Program-made: the position numbers and the translations under genes
Shown: one piece after another, positions 9,150 to 18,786 of the stretch
How the letters are laid out: each line of letters starts with the position of its first letter
Numbering within the stretch: position 1 is the stretch's first letter
Assembly (NCBI GenBank): GCA_029564175.1
Contig: JAKQQL010000301.1
Span: 1 to 25,431, forward strand
Origin: Candidatus Cloacimonadota bacterium
GTDB taxonomy: Bacteria; Cloacimonadota; Cloacimonadia; Cloacimonadales; WRIO01
DNA: 25,431 nucleotides
Direction: 5' to 3'
Notes under the pieces: model-generated
Seen by the model: only the letters and a program-made list of their open reading frames with translations
What the model was told of the DNA's origin: nothing
Database searches by the model: none

Positions 9150-10199
9150 GTGGTCTTTTCTTATTATCTTTACAAATACCCCTATCAGTTGACCTGGAAT
9201 ACTCTCAATACCTTAAAAAAAAGGGAAGAAGTCATATTCTATGCTGAGGATTTGCTAGATTTAGTCATTTTCAAGCCGGTTCAAAGCTATATAAAGACCT
9301 TGCCTATAGTCGTAAAAAATAAAAAAATAAAAGCCAATATTAGTCTCGTATCTGCTGTTCAGGGGACTCTGCCTTACTTTCCAAAAGCCTTAATCATGTG
9401 TCGGCATGCCTGTCATAAGTTCCCTGAAAAAAAGATTTTGAAGTTTGGTTTAAGGCACGGAGCCTATCACTTTAAAAAACTGACCAATGCCTCCAATTAC
9501 AATGCTTTTACGAAATATTTTGTAACCAGTCAGAACGAAGTGGATATAGCCAGAAAGAGTGGTATCTACTCCACGGTGGCTGTCGGATATCCGAAACTTG
9601 ATCCAGCTTTTAACGGGGAGATTAGTGAACAGCATTTACAAAAATTGAGTCAGTCACTAAACTTCTCAGCTCACAAGAAAAATGTACTGTTTACTGCTAC
9701 CTGGGATAAATCCGGTATGTCAGCCATAGATGCCTGGATTCATCGTCTTGATGAAATAGCTGAAAACTACAATGTAATGGTAACTGTGCATCCCTGGACT
9801 TCGAAGCATTACAAGACTAAGCTTTTAAAAAACAGAAATATTCATTTTATCTCTCATCCGGATATACTTCCCTATCTCATGTTGGCGGATTGTGTGGTGG
9901 GAGATACGAGCTCCATAATTGCTGAAGCTTGTGCACTGGATAAGTCGATTCTGACATTTAAAACAGGTCAGGCAAAACGCTCTTTATCAGAAATAGAACA
10001 GTTGATAAAAAGTATTTCTTTTCAGATTGATATACAGGATGATTTGTTTAAAAATTTGGAATATGCTGTCGCACATTCTTTTGAACATCACACACAGAGA
10101 CATTTGGCAAATCAGATTATGTTTGATACTTTAGATGGCAAGGCAGGAGAGAGAGCCGCAAAGATTATTCTTGAATACTTGCCTGAATTAATGATTTAA
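9150..10199 (+). CDS. CDP-glycerol glycerophosphotransferase family (TagB/TagF-like GT-B) protein
   Basis: VGYPKLD, VLFTATW, VHP, ADCVVGDTSS, DGKAGER motifs; GTG start immediately after the upstream stop. Confidence 0.75.
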   Translation: MVFSYYLYKYPYQLTWNTLNTLKKREEVIFYAEDLLDLVIFKPVQSYIKTLPIVVKNKKIKANISLVSAVQGTLPYFPKALIMCRHACHKFPEKKILKFGLRHGAYHFKKLTNASNYNAFTKYFVTSQNEVDIARKSGIYSTVAVGYPKLDPAFNGEISEQHLQKLSQSLNFSAHKKNVLFTATWDKSGMSAIDAWIHRLDEIAENYNVMVTVHPWTSKHYKTKLLKNRNIHFISHPDILPYLMLADCVVGDTSSIIAEACALDKSILTFKTGQAKRSLSEIEQLIKSISFQIDIQDDLFKNLEYAVAHSFEHHTQRHLANQIMFDTLDGKAGERAAKIILEYLPELMI

Positions 10200-10328
10200 A
10201 TCTTTTTTTATCGATTTTAACTGAATTAAAATTGTTATTTTGTAACTGATTTGATAATAATTCAAAAAAATATTTACAAAAAAGCCTTTTCTTAAAATAT
10301 TGTATTCAAATTGATAGAGGGAGTAAAA

Positions 10329-10691
10329 ATGTTAAAAACACTGTTGATGAGTAAGATACACAGAGCAACAATCACTCAGACAGACTTAAATTATCACGGC
10401 AGTATAACGATAGACAGAGATTTGATGGATGCTGTAGGATTACAGCCCTATGAAAAAGTAGAAGTGTTCGATGTACAGAATGGAAATCGGTTTGAGACTT
10501 ATGCCATTGAAGGAGAACGTGGTACAGGTATTATAGGGGTTAATGGCGCAGCTGCACGTCTGGTACATTATAGCGATCAGGTGATTATTGTGAATTATGG
10601 AATTTTTACAGAAGAAGAAGCAAAACATCATCAACCTAAAGTTGTTATCTTAAATGATAAAAATGAAATCATAGAAAAGGTCAGAACATGA
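10329..10691 (+). CDS. panD: Aspartate 1-decarboxylase
   Basis: SKIHRATIT..DLNYHGSITID (G/S autocleavage site), NGNRFETYAI, NGAAAR; GAGGGAG RBS before ATG10329. Confidence 0.97.
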   Translation: MLKTLLMSKIHRATITQTDLNYHGSITIDRDLMDAVGLQPYEKVEVFDVQNGNRFETYAIEGERGTGIIGVNGAAARLVHYSDQVIIVNYGIFTEEEAKHHQPKVVILNDKNEIIEKVRT

Positions 10692-11542
10692 AAGAAAGTA
10701 TCAGAGTTATCAGAAGTATTCAGGAAATGAGAGAGTACAGAAACCTGATAAAAGAAACAAAAAATATTGGTTTTGTTCCTACAATGGGTTATCTGCATGA
10801 AGGGCACTTAAGTCTTGTTAAACAATCAAATAAGGAATCAGATATTACTATCGTTAGTATCTATGTGAATCCTTCACAATTTGGTGCAAACGAAGATTTA
10901 GATCATTATCCCAGAGACTTAGAAAGAGATCTTGAATTTTTGGGTCAGTATGATGTTGATGCTGTTTTCTTGCCAACAACTGAAGAAATGTATCCTGAAA
11001 ACTATCTGACCTGGATCAATGTAGATGAAATCTCTGCAATGTATTGTGGAGCCAGCAGACCAGGGCATTTCAAAGGAGTTGCTACGATTGTATCAAAACT
11101 GATCAATATTGTAAAGCCTCTTTATATCTACATGGGCGAAAAAGACTATCAACAGATAGCTGTGTTAAAAAAAATGATTCAAGATTTGAATTATGACTGT
11201 TATATTCGACCATGTCCAATCGTCAGAGAAAAAGACGGTTTGGCAATGAGCTCAAGAAATGTATATTTAAACGAAACTGAAAGAAAAAATGCGCTTTGTC
11301 TCTATGAAGCTCAGATTTTAGCAAAAGATGCCGTTTATCACGGTGAGAAAAATATTGATTCAGTTAAAATGAAAATGATCAGCCATATTCATGAAAAGGG
11401 TGGAAAGGTTGATTATGTTGAGTTTACTGATCCACTTACATTGAAAGAAAAATCTGATTTATGTGGATTAACCCGTGTATTAATGGCTGTTTATATTGGT
11501 AAAACCAGATTAATAGATAATTTTGAGATAAACGGAAAATAA
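10688..11542 (+). CDS. panC: Pantoate--beta-alanine ligase
   Basis: FVPTMGYLHEGH, VNPSQF, RPGHFKGV, GEKDYQQ, GLAMSSRN, RLIDN; ATGA overlap with panD. Confidence 0.97.
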   Translation: MKESIRVIRSIQEMREYRNLIKETKNIGFVPTMGYLHEGHLSLVKQSNKESDITIVSIYVNPSQFGANEDLDHYPRDLERDLEFLGQYDVDAVFLPTTEEMYPENYLTWINVDEISAMYCGASRPGHFKGVATIVSKLINIVKPLYIYMGEKDYQQIAVLKKMIQDLNYDCYIRPCPIVREKDGLAMSSRNVYLNETERKNALCLYEAQILAKDAVYHGEKNIDSVKMKMISHIHEKGGKVDYVEFTDPLTLKEKSDLCGLTRVLMAVYIGKTRLIDNFEINGK

Positions 11543-12687
11543 TGAACATTATTGTTAAGAAATTTGGAGGAACCTCGGTTGCTACAATCGAAAGGATTAA
11601 GGCAATCGCAGAACATCTTGCAGGAGAAAGAAAAAAGGAAGAACATATTGTTGTTGTGGTGTCTGCGATGGCAAAAACCACAGATCAATTAATTTCTCTG
11701 GCTAAAGAAATTTCTCCAAATCCCTGTTCTCGTGAGCTTGATATGCTGTTGACAGCAGGAGAACGTATCTCAATGTCTTTATTGTCGTTAGCATTACAGG
11801 AACTAGGCATTCAGTCAATTTCTTTTACCGGTTCTCAAAGTGGTATTATTACCGATTCAGTACATGGTAATGCAAAGATTCAGACAGTGAATGCCTTTCG
11901 CATTAAAGAAGAACTGGAAAAAGGGAAAATCGTAATAGTCGCCGGTTTTCAGGGTGTCAGTCGTGAAAAGGAGATTACAACATTAGGTAGAGGCGGTTCT
12001 GATACCAGTGCAGTGGCTCTGTCTTCTTATCTGAATGCCGTAAAATGCGAGATTTACACGGATGTTGATGCGGTTTATTCTGCTGATCCACGATATGTGG
12101 ACAATACCCAGCCTTATAAGAATCTTTCTTATGAACAGATGTTGTATCTGGCATACCAGGGTTCAAAAGTACTTCAACCAAGAGCCGTGGAATTTGCATA
12201 TAAATATCAGATTCCCGTTGAAGTCAAATCATCTTTTACTTTTAAAGAAGGTACCATGATCCAGAATATGGAAAACAATCTCGTAAAAGCGATTGCTCAT
12301 AAAGAAAATTTGCTGTGGTTGAAGGTTAAATGTCCTTTCAGTGAAACAGCACAGATATTAAAAACCATCAAAACAGAAGTTTTTGATTTTTTTATACAGC
12401 AGATGGAATTGAATCTGCTAATAGAATCAAAGTTTTTAGAACCAATCAATACTGAACTATCTGATAAAGAGCTGATAATTAACAGCAAAAAATATGCTTC
12501 AGTTACAATCAGTGGCGTTAGAATTGCTCATGACAATGAGTTCGTTGCAGAACTGATTGAGTTACTTGAAGAAAAACATATTCAGATTTATAATCTTATA
12601 ACTGACGGACTGGGAGTAAGTCTGATCATTGATCAGGATTGCTATAAAGTGGCATTAGGATTAATCCACACAAAATATATAAGGTGA
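11542..12687 (+). CDS. lysC: Aspartate kinase
   Basis: VKKFGGTSV, VVVSAM, GERIS, VAGFQG, TTLGRGGSDTSA, IYTDVD; divergent ACT-like C-terminus; TAATG coupling to panC. Confidence 0.9.
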   Translation: MNIIVKKFGGTSVATIERIKAIAEHLAGERKKEEHIVVVVSAMAKTTDQLISLAKEISPNPCSRELDMLLTAGERISMSLLSLALQELGIQSISFTGSQSGIITDSVHGNAKIQTVNAFRIKEELEKGKIVIVAGFQGVSREKEITTLGRGGSDTSAVALSSYLNAVKCEIYTDVDAVYSADPRYVDNTQPYKNLSYEQMLYLAYQGSKVLQPRAVEFAYKYQIPVEVKSSFTFKEGTMIQNMENNLVKAIAHKENLLWLKVKCPFSETAQILKTIKTEVFDFFIQQMELNLLIESKFLEPINTELSDKELIINSKKYASVTISGVRIAHDNEFVAELIELLEEKHIQIYNLITDGLGVSLIIDQDCYKVALGLIHTKYIR

Positions 12688-12690
12688 TAT

Positions 12691-13059
12691 ATGAAAGATA
12701 CCGTTTTATTAGTAGAAGATGATGATACATTATGTGAACTGAGTCTTGAAATGTTTAAAATCATAAAAACACCTCTTCTGGTATCACAGAACCCAGAAGA
12801 AGCTGAACGTGTTTTCGATCAAAATAAAGACAAAATTGCAATAATCATTTTTGATATGAATCTGGATGATGCAACAGGAGTAGATGTATTTAACATACTA
12901 AAAGAAAAGGGAGAGTCCTTTACTGCAATTCTGGCATCAGGCATGTTTCTTGAAGACGATAAACAAACTTATCTCGATATGGGATTCAGTGAAGTCATTG
13001 CAAAACCCTATAATATGGCAGAATTGAAGAGGATTATTAAAGCATATATCTCTTTATAA
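12691..13059 (+). CDS. Single-domain response regulator receiver (CheY-like)
   Basis: VLLVEDD, IFDMNL (phosphoacceptor Asp), ASG, KPY; no output domain. Confidence 0.9.
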   Translation: MKDTVLLVEDDDTLCELSLEMFKIIKTPLLVSQNPEEAERVFDQNKDKIAIIIFDMNLDDATGVDVFNILKEKGESFTAILASGMFLEDDKQTYLDMGFSEVIAKPYNMAELKRIIKAYISL

Positions 13060-13090
13060 ATTTTATTTTTTCCCAAAACAAGGAGCTTAA

Positions 13091-15124
13091 ATGAGTAAAT
13101 ATATTGTTACCAGTGCCTTACCATACGCAAACGGTAAATTACATATAGGACATATCGCAGGAGCATATATTCCTGCCGATATTTTTGTTCGTTATTTAAA
13201 ATTAAAAAATGAAGATGTTATCTATATTTGTGGAACAGATGAACATGGTGCACCAATATCCATCAGAGCAGAAGCTGAAGGAAAAACACCTCAAGAGATC
13301 GTTGACTTTTATCATGATTCAATCAAAAAGAGTTTTGACGGAGTATGTATTGAATTTGATAATTTCTCTGGTACTGCAAGACCAAAACACCATGAGTTAT
13401 CTCAAACTTTTTTTACTGAATTGTTGAATAACGGATTTATTAATACCCACTCTACTCAGCAAATGTATTGTGAACATGATAAAAGATTTTTGCCTGATCG
13501 ATACGTAGAAGGCTTGTGTCCTCATTGCGGTGCTGAAGGTGCAAGAGGTGACCAATGTGATACTTGTGGAAAATTAGTTGATGCAACAAAGCTGGTTAAT
13601 CCTCAATGTAAAATATGTGGTAATCCACCTGTTGTTTCTGAAACCAAACATTGGTTTTTAGATTTACCAAAGTTTGCCAAACCATTAAAAGAATGGCTTG
13701 AATCTAAAACCAACTGGAAGGACAATGTCTTAAAATTTATATTAAGTTGGATTGAAGATGGACTGATTGAACGGTCAATTACCCGTGATATCAATTGGGG
13801 AGTGAAAGTGCCTGTGGAAGGCTCTGAGGGAAAAGTGCTTTATGTTTGGTTTGATGCACCTATTGGTTATATTTCGTCAACGATAGAATGGGCAGAAAAA
13901 CAGGGAAATCCTGAAAAATGGAAAGAATACTGGCTAAATCCGGAAACAAAACTGGTTCACTTTATTGGCAAGGATAATATTCCCTTTCATGCGATTATCT
14001 GGCCAGCGATATTAATGGGACAGAATGAGAAATATGCAATGCCTTTTGATATTCCGGCAAATGAGTATCTGACCCTTGAAGGAGAAAAAATATCCACCAG
14101 TCGTGATTGGGCGATATGGGTAGAAGACTTTCTGAAGTATTTTGATGGGGAATTGTTACGTTATGCCATTTCTGCCAATGCCCCAGAAAGTAAAGATGCT
14201 GATTTTTCATGGAAAGAATTTCAATCTCGGGTTAATACAGAATTAGCCAATATTTTAGGGAATCTGGTTAACAGGGTATTGTCATTTTCCAATAAAAATT
14301 ATAATGGAAAAATTCCTTTCTGTGATGATTTGTCTGATTATTCCAAACAAACCTTACAGGAGATTCAGATTTTGTGTAAGGAAATTGATGAAGCATACAG
14401 AGAGTTTAAGGTCAGAAAGGCTGTAAAACTTTGTATGGATGTAGCGCGTACCGGAAATAAATACTTTGACGAAATGAAACCTTGGTCAACGATAAAAGAA
14501 GATGTAGAAAAAACAAAAGAGACCCTATATGTTTGCGGAGAGATACTAAGAGTTATAAGTATTGTGTTTAATCCCATTATTCCAACTGGAACGCTTAAAA
14601 TCAGAAAGATGATGTCTTTGCCTAATACACTTACATGGGATGATATCGATAGATGGAACCAAGGGGAATTGCTTATTACTGATGTGCAACCGCTTTATCG
14701 CCGTATTGAAGACAGTGAGATAGAATTTCAGATTAAACTGCTTCAAGAAAAAGTAAAAGTCATTGAGAGTAAGAAAGAACCTGTTTATGAGGACTTCTTA
14801 CCTGAAATTGATTTTGAAGATTTTACAAAGTTAGATTTACGAATCGTAAAAATTCTAAGTGCTGAAAAAGTTAAAAAATCAGACAAATTACTGAAGTTAA
14901 AAGTAGAATGCGGGAATGAAGAAAGACAGGTGGTTGCTGGTATCTCAAAACATTATCAGGCGGATGACCTTGTCGGTAAACACGTTGCAATGCTTATTAA
15001 TCTCAAACCCAGAAAGCTGATGAATGAAGTTTCTCAGGGGATGATTCTGGCAGCAAAGATTGGTGATGAGTTAAGTGTCCTTTGTCCTGAAAAACTGATT
15101 AAATCCGGAGCAAAAATATCATAA
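13091..15124 (+). CDS. metG: Methionine--tRNA ligase with C-terminal tRNA-binding (OB) domain
   Basis: SALPYANG.LHIGH, GTDEHG, Zn knuckles CPHC/CDTC/CKIC, YVWFDAPIGY, IGKDNI, KISTS (KMSKS equivalent), DF.KLDLR..SQGMILAA. Confidence 0.98.
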   Translation: MSKYIVTSALPYANGKLHIGHIAGAYIPADIFVRYLKLKNEDVIYICGTDEHGAPISIRAEAEGKTPQEIVDFYHDSIKKSFDGVCIEFDNFSGTARPKHHELSQTFFTELLNNGFINTHSTQQMYCEHDKRFLPDRYVEGLCPHCGAEGARGDQCDTCGKLVDATKLVNPQCKICGNPPVVSETKHWFLDLPKFAKPLKEWLESKTNWKDNVLKFILSWIEDGLIERSITRDINWGVKVPVEGSEGKVLYVWFDAPIGYISSTIEWAEKQGNPEKWKEYWLNPETKLVHFIGKDNIPFHAIIWPAILMGQNEKYAMPFDIPANEYLTLEGEKISTSRDWAIWVEDFLKYFDGELLRYAISANAPESKDADFSWKEFQSRVNTELANILGNLVNRVLSFSNKNYNGKIPFCDDLSDYSKQTLQEIQILCKEIDEAYREFKVRKAVKLCMDVARTGNKYFDEMKPWSTIKEDVEKTKETLYVCGEILRVISIVFNPIIPTGTLKIRKMMSLPNTLTWDDIDRWNQGELLITDVQPLYRRIEDSEIEFQIKLLQEKVKVIESKKEPVYEDFLPEIDFEDFTKLDLRIVKILSAEKVKKSDKLLKLKVECGNEERQVVAGISKHYQADDLVGKHVAMLINLKPRKLMNEVSQGMILAAKIGDELSVLCPEKLIKSGAKIS

Positions 15125-15129
15125 ACAAA

Positions 15130-16554
15130 ATGATTAGATATCCTTTAAAAGCAGTATTATTCTTAATACTGCTTCTTATCTTTTCTGGATTAAATGCCGT
15201 ACGCTATATCGATAACCGTTTATTTTTTGATATTTTTTTGGATGATGTTAAAACGATCGAACTGATATCAAAAGGAAATATTTACATTCAATCAGATAAG
15301 GATTCTTCTTACATAGAATGTTCTAACTTATTGAAAATCAATTACAAAAAGGTGAATGAAAGTTTTGAAATTATTATAGAGAACGATTTTGACAGATTTC
15401 CAGATTTCAGAATTGACTCAGTATCGTACAATTCATGGCAAAATGGTTTTTTTGAAATCAAAAAGAAAGCCGTAAAAATCTCTCAAAAAGGCTTTATTTC
15501 AGAGGAGAAGGCATCTGCTTTTGCCAAAAAGCACAATATAAAAAAGTATAAATTAAAAGAAAATTCAGGAAATGTTCTGATAAAAGGGAAAGAATATGCA
15601 TTACCTCTGATGATTCTTTCTGATAGTCCAATTGAGTTTATGGGTGTTCGATATAATGGTCTAATTCGACTGATAGATTCTGAACATGGTAGTATGAAAG
15701 TCATCAACTGTATTGACATGGAGGAATATATAGCTGGCGTAATCCCTTATGAAATTGGCTTAGAAGCTCCATACGAAGCATTAAAAGCACAGGCTGTTGC
15801 TGCCAGATCTCAAACGATTTATAAAATTCTGAACAACCGTCATGCTTCTGAAGGTTACGATCTGTGCAAGACGACTCATTGCCAGGTTTACAAAGGACTG
15901 ACCAAGCAAAATGAAAATACATACAGGGCAGCGATTGAGACTTCTAATGAGATTCTGATTTATCAGGATAAAGTGGTTGATGCTGTCTTTCATAGTTGTT
16001 GTGGGGGCTCAACTGAAGATGCCAAAGACGCATGGGGGACAAATGCCCCATATCTGGTTCATACCGATGATTATCGGTCAGATCAGTCTGATGCTTCAGA
16101 AAATAATCCTTATTGTAGTCAAGGCGGTCAATATGTCGCCTGGTATCAGAAGGCATATGAATGGACAGAAAAAGTCAGCAAACAATCGCTCGGTGAGAAA
16201 TTAGGAATTGGTACTGTGACGGATATTCAAATTATAAAACGAGGTAAATCAGGGAGAATTCATAAAATGAAAGTGAGTGGAACCAATGGATCGGAAACAC
16301 TCAACAAAGAATTACAAATCAGATCTCTATTTAACAATGCCAAAAGTAGCAGTTTTACACTCAAAGATAATGGTTCAAACTATATTCTTTATGGACATGG
16401 TATGGGTCATGGGGTTGGTTTATGTCAGATAGGCGCTATTGTTCAGGCACATATTGGTTATAATTATATCGATATTTTGTCCTTTTATTATAAAGATACC
16501 ATGATATCCAACCAGTGGATATTGAAGGAATTTATCAATGAATCGGAAGAATAA
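15130..16554 (+). CDS. SpoIID/LytB domain-containing exported protein (peptidoglycan lytic transglycosylase-like)
   Basis: Signal peptide; EEYIAGVIPYE, EALKAQAVAARS, C.TTHCQVY, FHSCCGG.TE, GHGVGLCQ.GA, ILSFYY. Confidence 0.9.
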   Translation: MIRYPLKAVLFLILLLIFSGLNAVRYIDNRLFFDIFLDDVKTIELISKGNIYIQSDKDSSYIECSNLLKINYKKVNESFEIIIENDFDRFPDFRIDSVSYNSWQNGFFEIKKKAVKISQKGFISEEKASAFAKKHNIKKYKLKENSGNVLIKGKEYALPLMILSDSPIEFMGVRYNGLIRLIDSEHGSMKVINCIDMEEYIAGVIPYEIGLEAPYEALKAQAVAARSQTIYKILNNRHASEGYDLCKTTHCQVYKGLTKQNENTYRAAIETSNEILIYQDKVVDAVFHSCCGGSTEDAKDAWGTNAPYLVHTDDYRSDQSDASENNPYCSQGGQYVAWYQKAYEWTEKVSKQSLGEKLGIGTVTDIQIIKRGKSGRIHKMKVSGTNGSETLNKELQIRSLFNNAKSSSFTLKDNGSNYILYGHGMGHGVGLCQIGAIVQAHIGYNYIDILSFYYKDTMISNQWILKEFINESEE

Positions 16555-16564
16555 GGTAATCATT

Positions 16565-16585
16565 GCAAGTTGCTTGTCCTACAAC
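16565..16585 (-). repeat. Truncated REP-like copy (GTTGTAG-GACAAGCA-ACT-TGC on the minus strand)
   Basis: Reverse complement of gcaagttgcttgtcctacaac matches the array unit head; lies between spoIID-like and miaB. Confidence 0.65.
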
Positions 16586-16599
16586 AGAAAGGAAAACGA

Positions 16600-17901
16600 A
16601 TGAAATTTATTATAGAGACTTATGGATGTCAAATGAATGTCGCTGATAGCGAAATGATATCTTCTATCATGGAAAACAGTGGGTATGAACTAACTGAAAA
16701 TTTACCAGAAGCAGATATTGTGATGTTTAATACCTGTTCAGTCAGACAGCATGCAGAGGATAGAGTCATTGGCAGAATTTCTAATGAGGTAGCAAGAAAA
16801 TTAGATAATAAAAATCTGCTGATTGGCGTTGTTGGCTGTATGGCTCAAAGATTGGGAAAAGAGTTAAAAGAACTAAATAAAAAGATTGATTTTGTTGTGG
16901 GTGTTGATAATTATTTTCAATTACCAGAAATTATCGAACAACTCTATCATAAAAAACATTTTGTTCATTCTGTTCAAATGAATCATACCGAAATTTATAA
17001 CGAAGTATATCCTGTAAGAAGCAGTCAACTCAATGCTTTTGTTACTATTATGCGTGGATGTAACAATTTTTGCTCCTATTGTATTGTCCCCTACGTCAGA
17101 GGTCGTGAAAGAAGTAGATCAGTTGATGAAATCGTAAAAGAAATCAGAATTGCCGGTGATAAGGGGATCAAAGAGGTTACGCTTTTAGGGCAAAATGTCA
17201 ATTCATATCAGTGGCAGGATATCAATTTCCCTAAACTTCTGAAAGAAATAAATCAAATTGAAAGTATAAGAAGAATCCGTTTTGTTACATCACATCCCAA
17301 AGATTTATCTGATGAATTAATTGAAGTGATGGCTCAAAGTGAGAGAATCTGTGAACATATCCATCTGCCCGTTCAGTCAGGCAATAATGAGGTTCTAAAA
17401 CGCATGAACCGAAATTATACAGCAGAACATTATATGAATGAAATAAGGAAATTAAGACAGGCAATTCCTGGCATTTCTATCACTACAGATGTGATTGCAG
17501 GCTTCCCTGGTGAAACCGAAGAACAGTTTATGGATACATACCGACTGATGGAAGAAGTCCGTTATGACTTTGCTTTTATGTTTAAATATTCAACCAGAAC
17601 TGGAACCAAAGCTGCTGATTTTACTGATCAGATTGAAGAAGCAGTCAGGCTTGATCGGTTACAGAGACTGATCGATTTACAAACAGCTATTACGCATGAA
17701 AAATACAAAGAGCAAATCGGTCAGATCAAAGAAGTTTATGTTGAAGGACCTTCAAAAAAAGATGAATCAGAATATTCTGGAAAAAGCAGAGACTTTAAAA
17801 TTACAATTTTTTCAGGTGATGAATCGATGGTGGGTCAATTTGTGAATGTTAAAGTAACTGAGGCTGCTGGCTGGACATTAAAGGGATCGATTATTAAATG
17901 A
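16600..17901 (+). CDS. miaB: tRNA-2-methylthio-N6-dimethylallyladenosine synthase
   Basis: TYGCQMN..DSE, NTCSVR, GCMAQ, GCNNFCSYC radical-SAM motif, GRERSR, TSHP, C-terminal TRAM domain; AAGGA RBS before ATG16600. Confidence 0.95.
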   Translation: MKFIIETYGCQMNVADSEMISSIMENSGYELTENLPEADIVMFNTCSVRQHAEDRVIGRISNEVARKLDNKNLLIGVVGCMAQRLGKELKELNKKIDFVVGVDNYFQLPEIIEQLYHKKHFVHSVQMNHTEIYNEVYPVRSSQLNAFVTIMRGCNNFCSYCIVPYVRGRERSRSVDEIVKEIRIAGDKGIKEVTLLGQNVNSYQWQDINFPKLLKEINQIESIRRIRFVTSHPKDLSDELIEVMAQSERICEHIHLPVQSGNNEVLKRMNRNYTAEHYMNEIRKLRQAIPGISITTDVIAGFPGETEEQFMDTYRLMEEVRYDFAFMFKYSTRTGTKAADFTDQIEEAVRLDRLQRLIDLQTAITHEKYKEQIGQIKEVYVEGPSKKDESEYSGKSRDFKITIFSGDESMVGQFVNVKVTEAAGWTLKGSIIK

Positions 17902-17913
17902 TATTTAAAAGTC

Positions 17914-17944
17914 TTGACACAATTTAAAAGAAAAATCTTATAGT
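17914..17944 (+). promoter_or_regulatory. Possible sigma70 promoter for deoC-thyX
   Basis: TTGACA at 17914-17919 and TATAGT at 17939-17944; the 19-bp spacer is longer than optimal. Confidence 0.35.
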
Positions 17945-17967
17945 CAGAAACATAGAAGGGAGTTAAT

Positions 17968-18777
17968 ATGCAGGAAATAAAAAATTTAGCCATTAATCTT
18001 TTTGAAATAGAACAACCCGTTCCATGTAAATGCAATGCAATTCACGAAATTTGCATTCGTTGTAAACCCTGTCGGATGAGTCAACCAGATCAGCCGGTTG
18101 AAGATCCAGAGATTGCTGAGTTAAACCAATATATAGATCATACACTTTTAAGAGCAGATGCAACAAAATCTGAAGTAAAAAAATTATGTAAAGAAGCTGA
18201 TGAATACCATTTTAAAGCGGTTTGTGTGAATCCCTTTTTTGTTAAAATGGCAAAATTTCATTGTAATTATTCTAACATTTGCTCTGTTATTGGTTTCCCT
18301 TTAGGTGCAAACACCCTTGAAACGAAAGTGTTTGAAACTCGTAAAGCGATTGAACAGGGTGCGACTGAAATTGATATGGTCATCAATATTGGCTTACTGA
18401 AAGCAAAAGATTATTCATCTGTAATGGATGAAATCTTTCAGTTAAAGCAGATTTGTCATAAGTTTAATGTCATACTTAAAGTCATTATTGAAACCGCATT
18501 ATTAGAAAAAAACGAAAAAATAATTGCTTGTCTCCTTGCTAAAAAAGCCGGAGCTGATTTTGTAAAAACTTCTACAGGCTTTTCTACATCAGGTGCAACG
18601 ATTGAAGACGTTAAGTTAATGAGGCATGTTGTTGGCGTGAAAATGGGAGTCAAAGCATCTGGCGGGGTGAGAACTCGAAGAGATGCTGTTAATATGCTTA
18701 TCGCTGGCGCTAATCGAATTGGTACCAGTAACGGGATTACGATCATGAAAACCAAACTTGCAATGGATGACGAATAG
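17968..18777 (+). CDS. deoC: Deoxyribose-phosphate aldolase with Cys-rich N-terminal extension
   Basis: IDHTLL, VIGFPLG, EIDMVIN, LKVIIET, FVKTSTGF (Schiff-base Lys), VKASGGVR, RIGTS; AGGGAG RBS. Confidence 0.96.
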   Translation: MQEIKNLAINLFEIEQPVPCKCNAIHEICIRCKPCRMSQPDQPVEDPEIAELNQYIDHTLLRADATKSEVKKLCKEADEYHFKAVCVNPFFVKMAKFHCNYSNICSVIGFPLGANTLETKVFETRKAIEQGATEIDMVINIGLLKAKDYSSVMDEIFQLKQICHKFNVILKVIIETALLEKNEKIIACLLAKKAGADFVKTSTGFSTSGATIEDVKLMRHVVGVKMGVKASGGVRTRRDAVNMLIAGANRIGTSNGITIMKTKLAMDDE

Positions 18778-18786
18778 GATATATAA

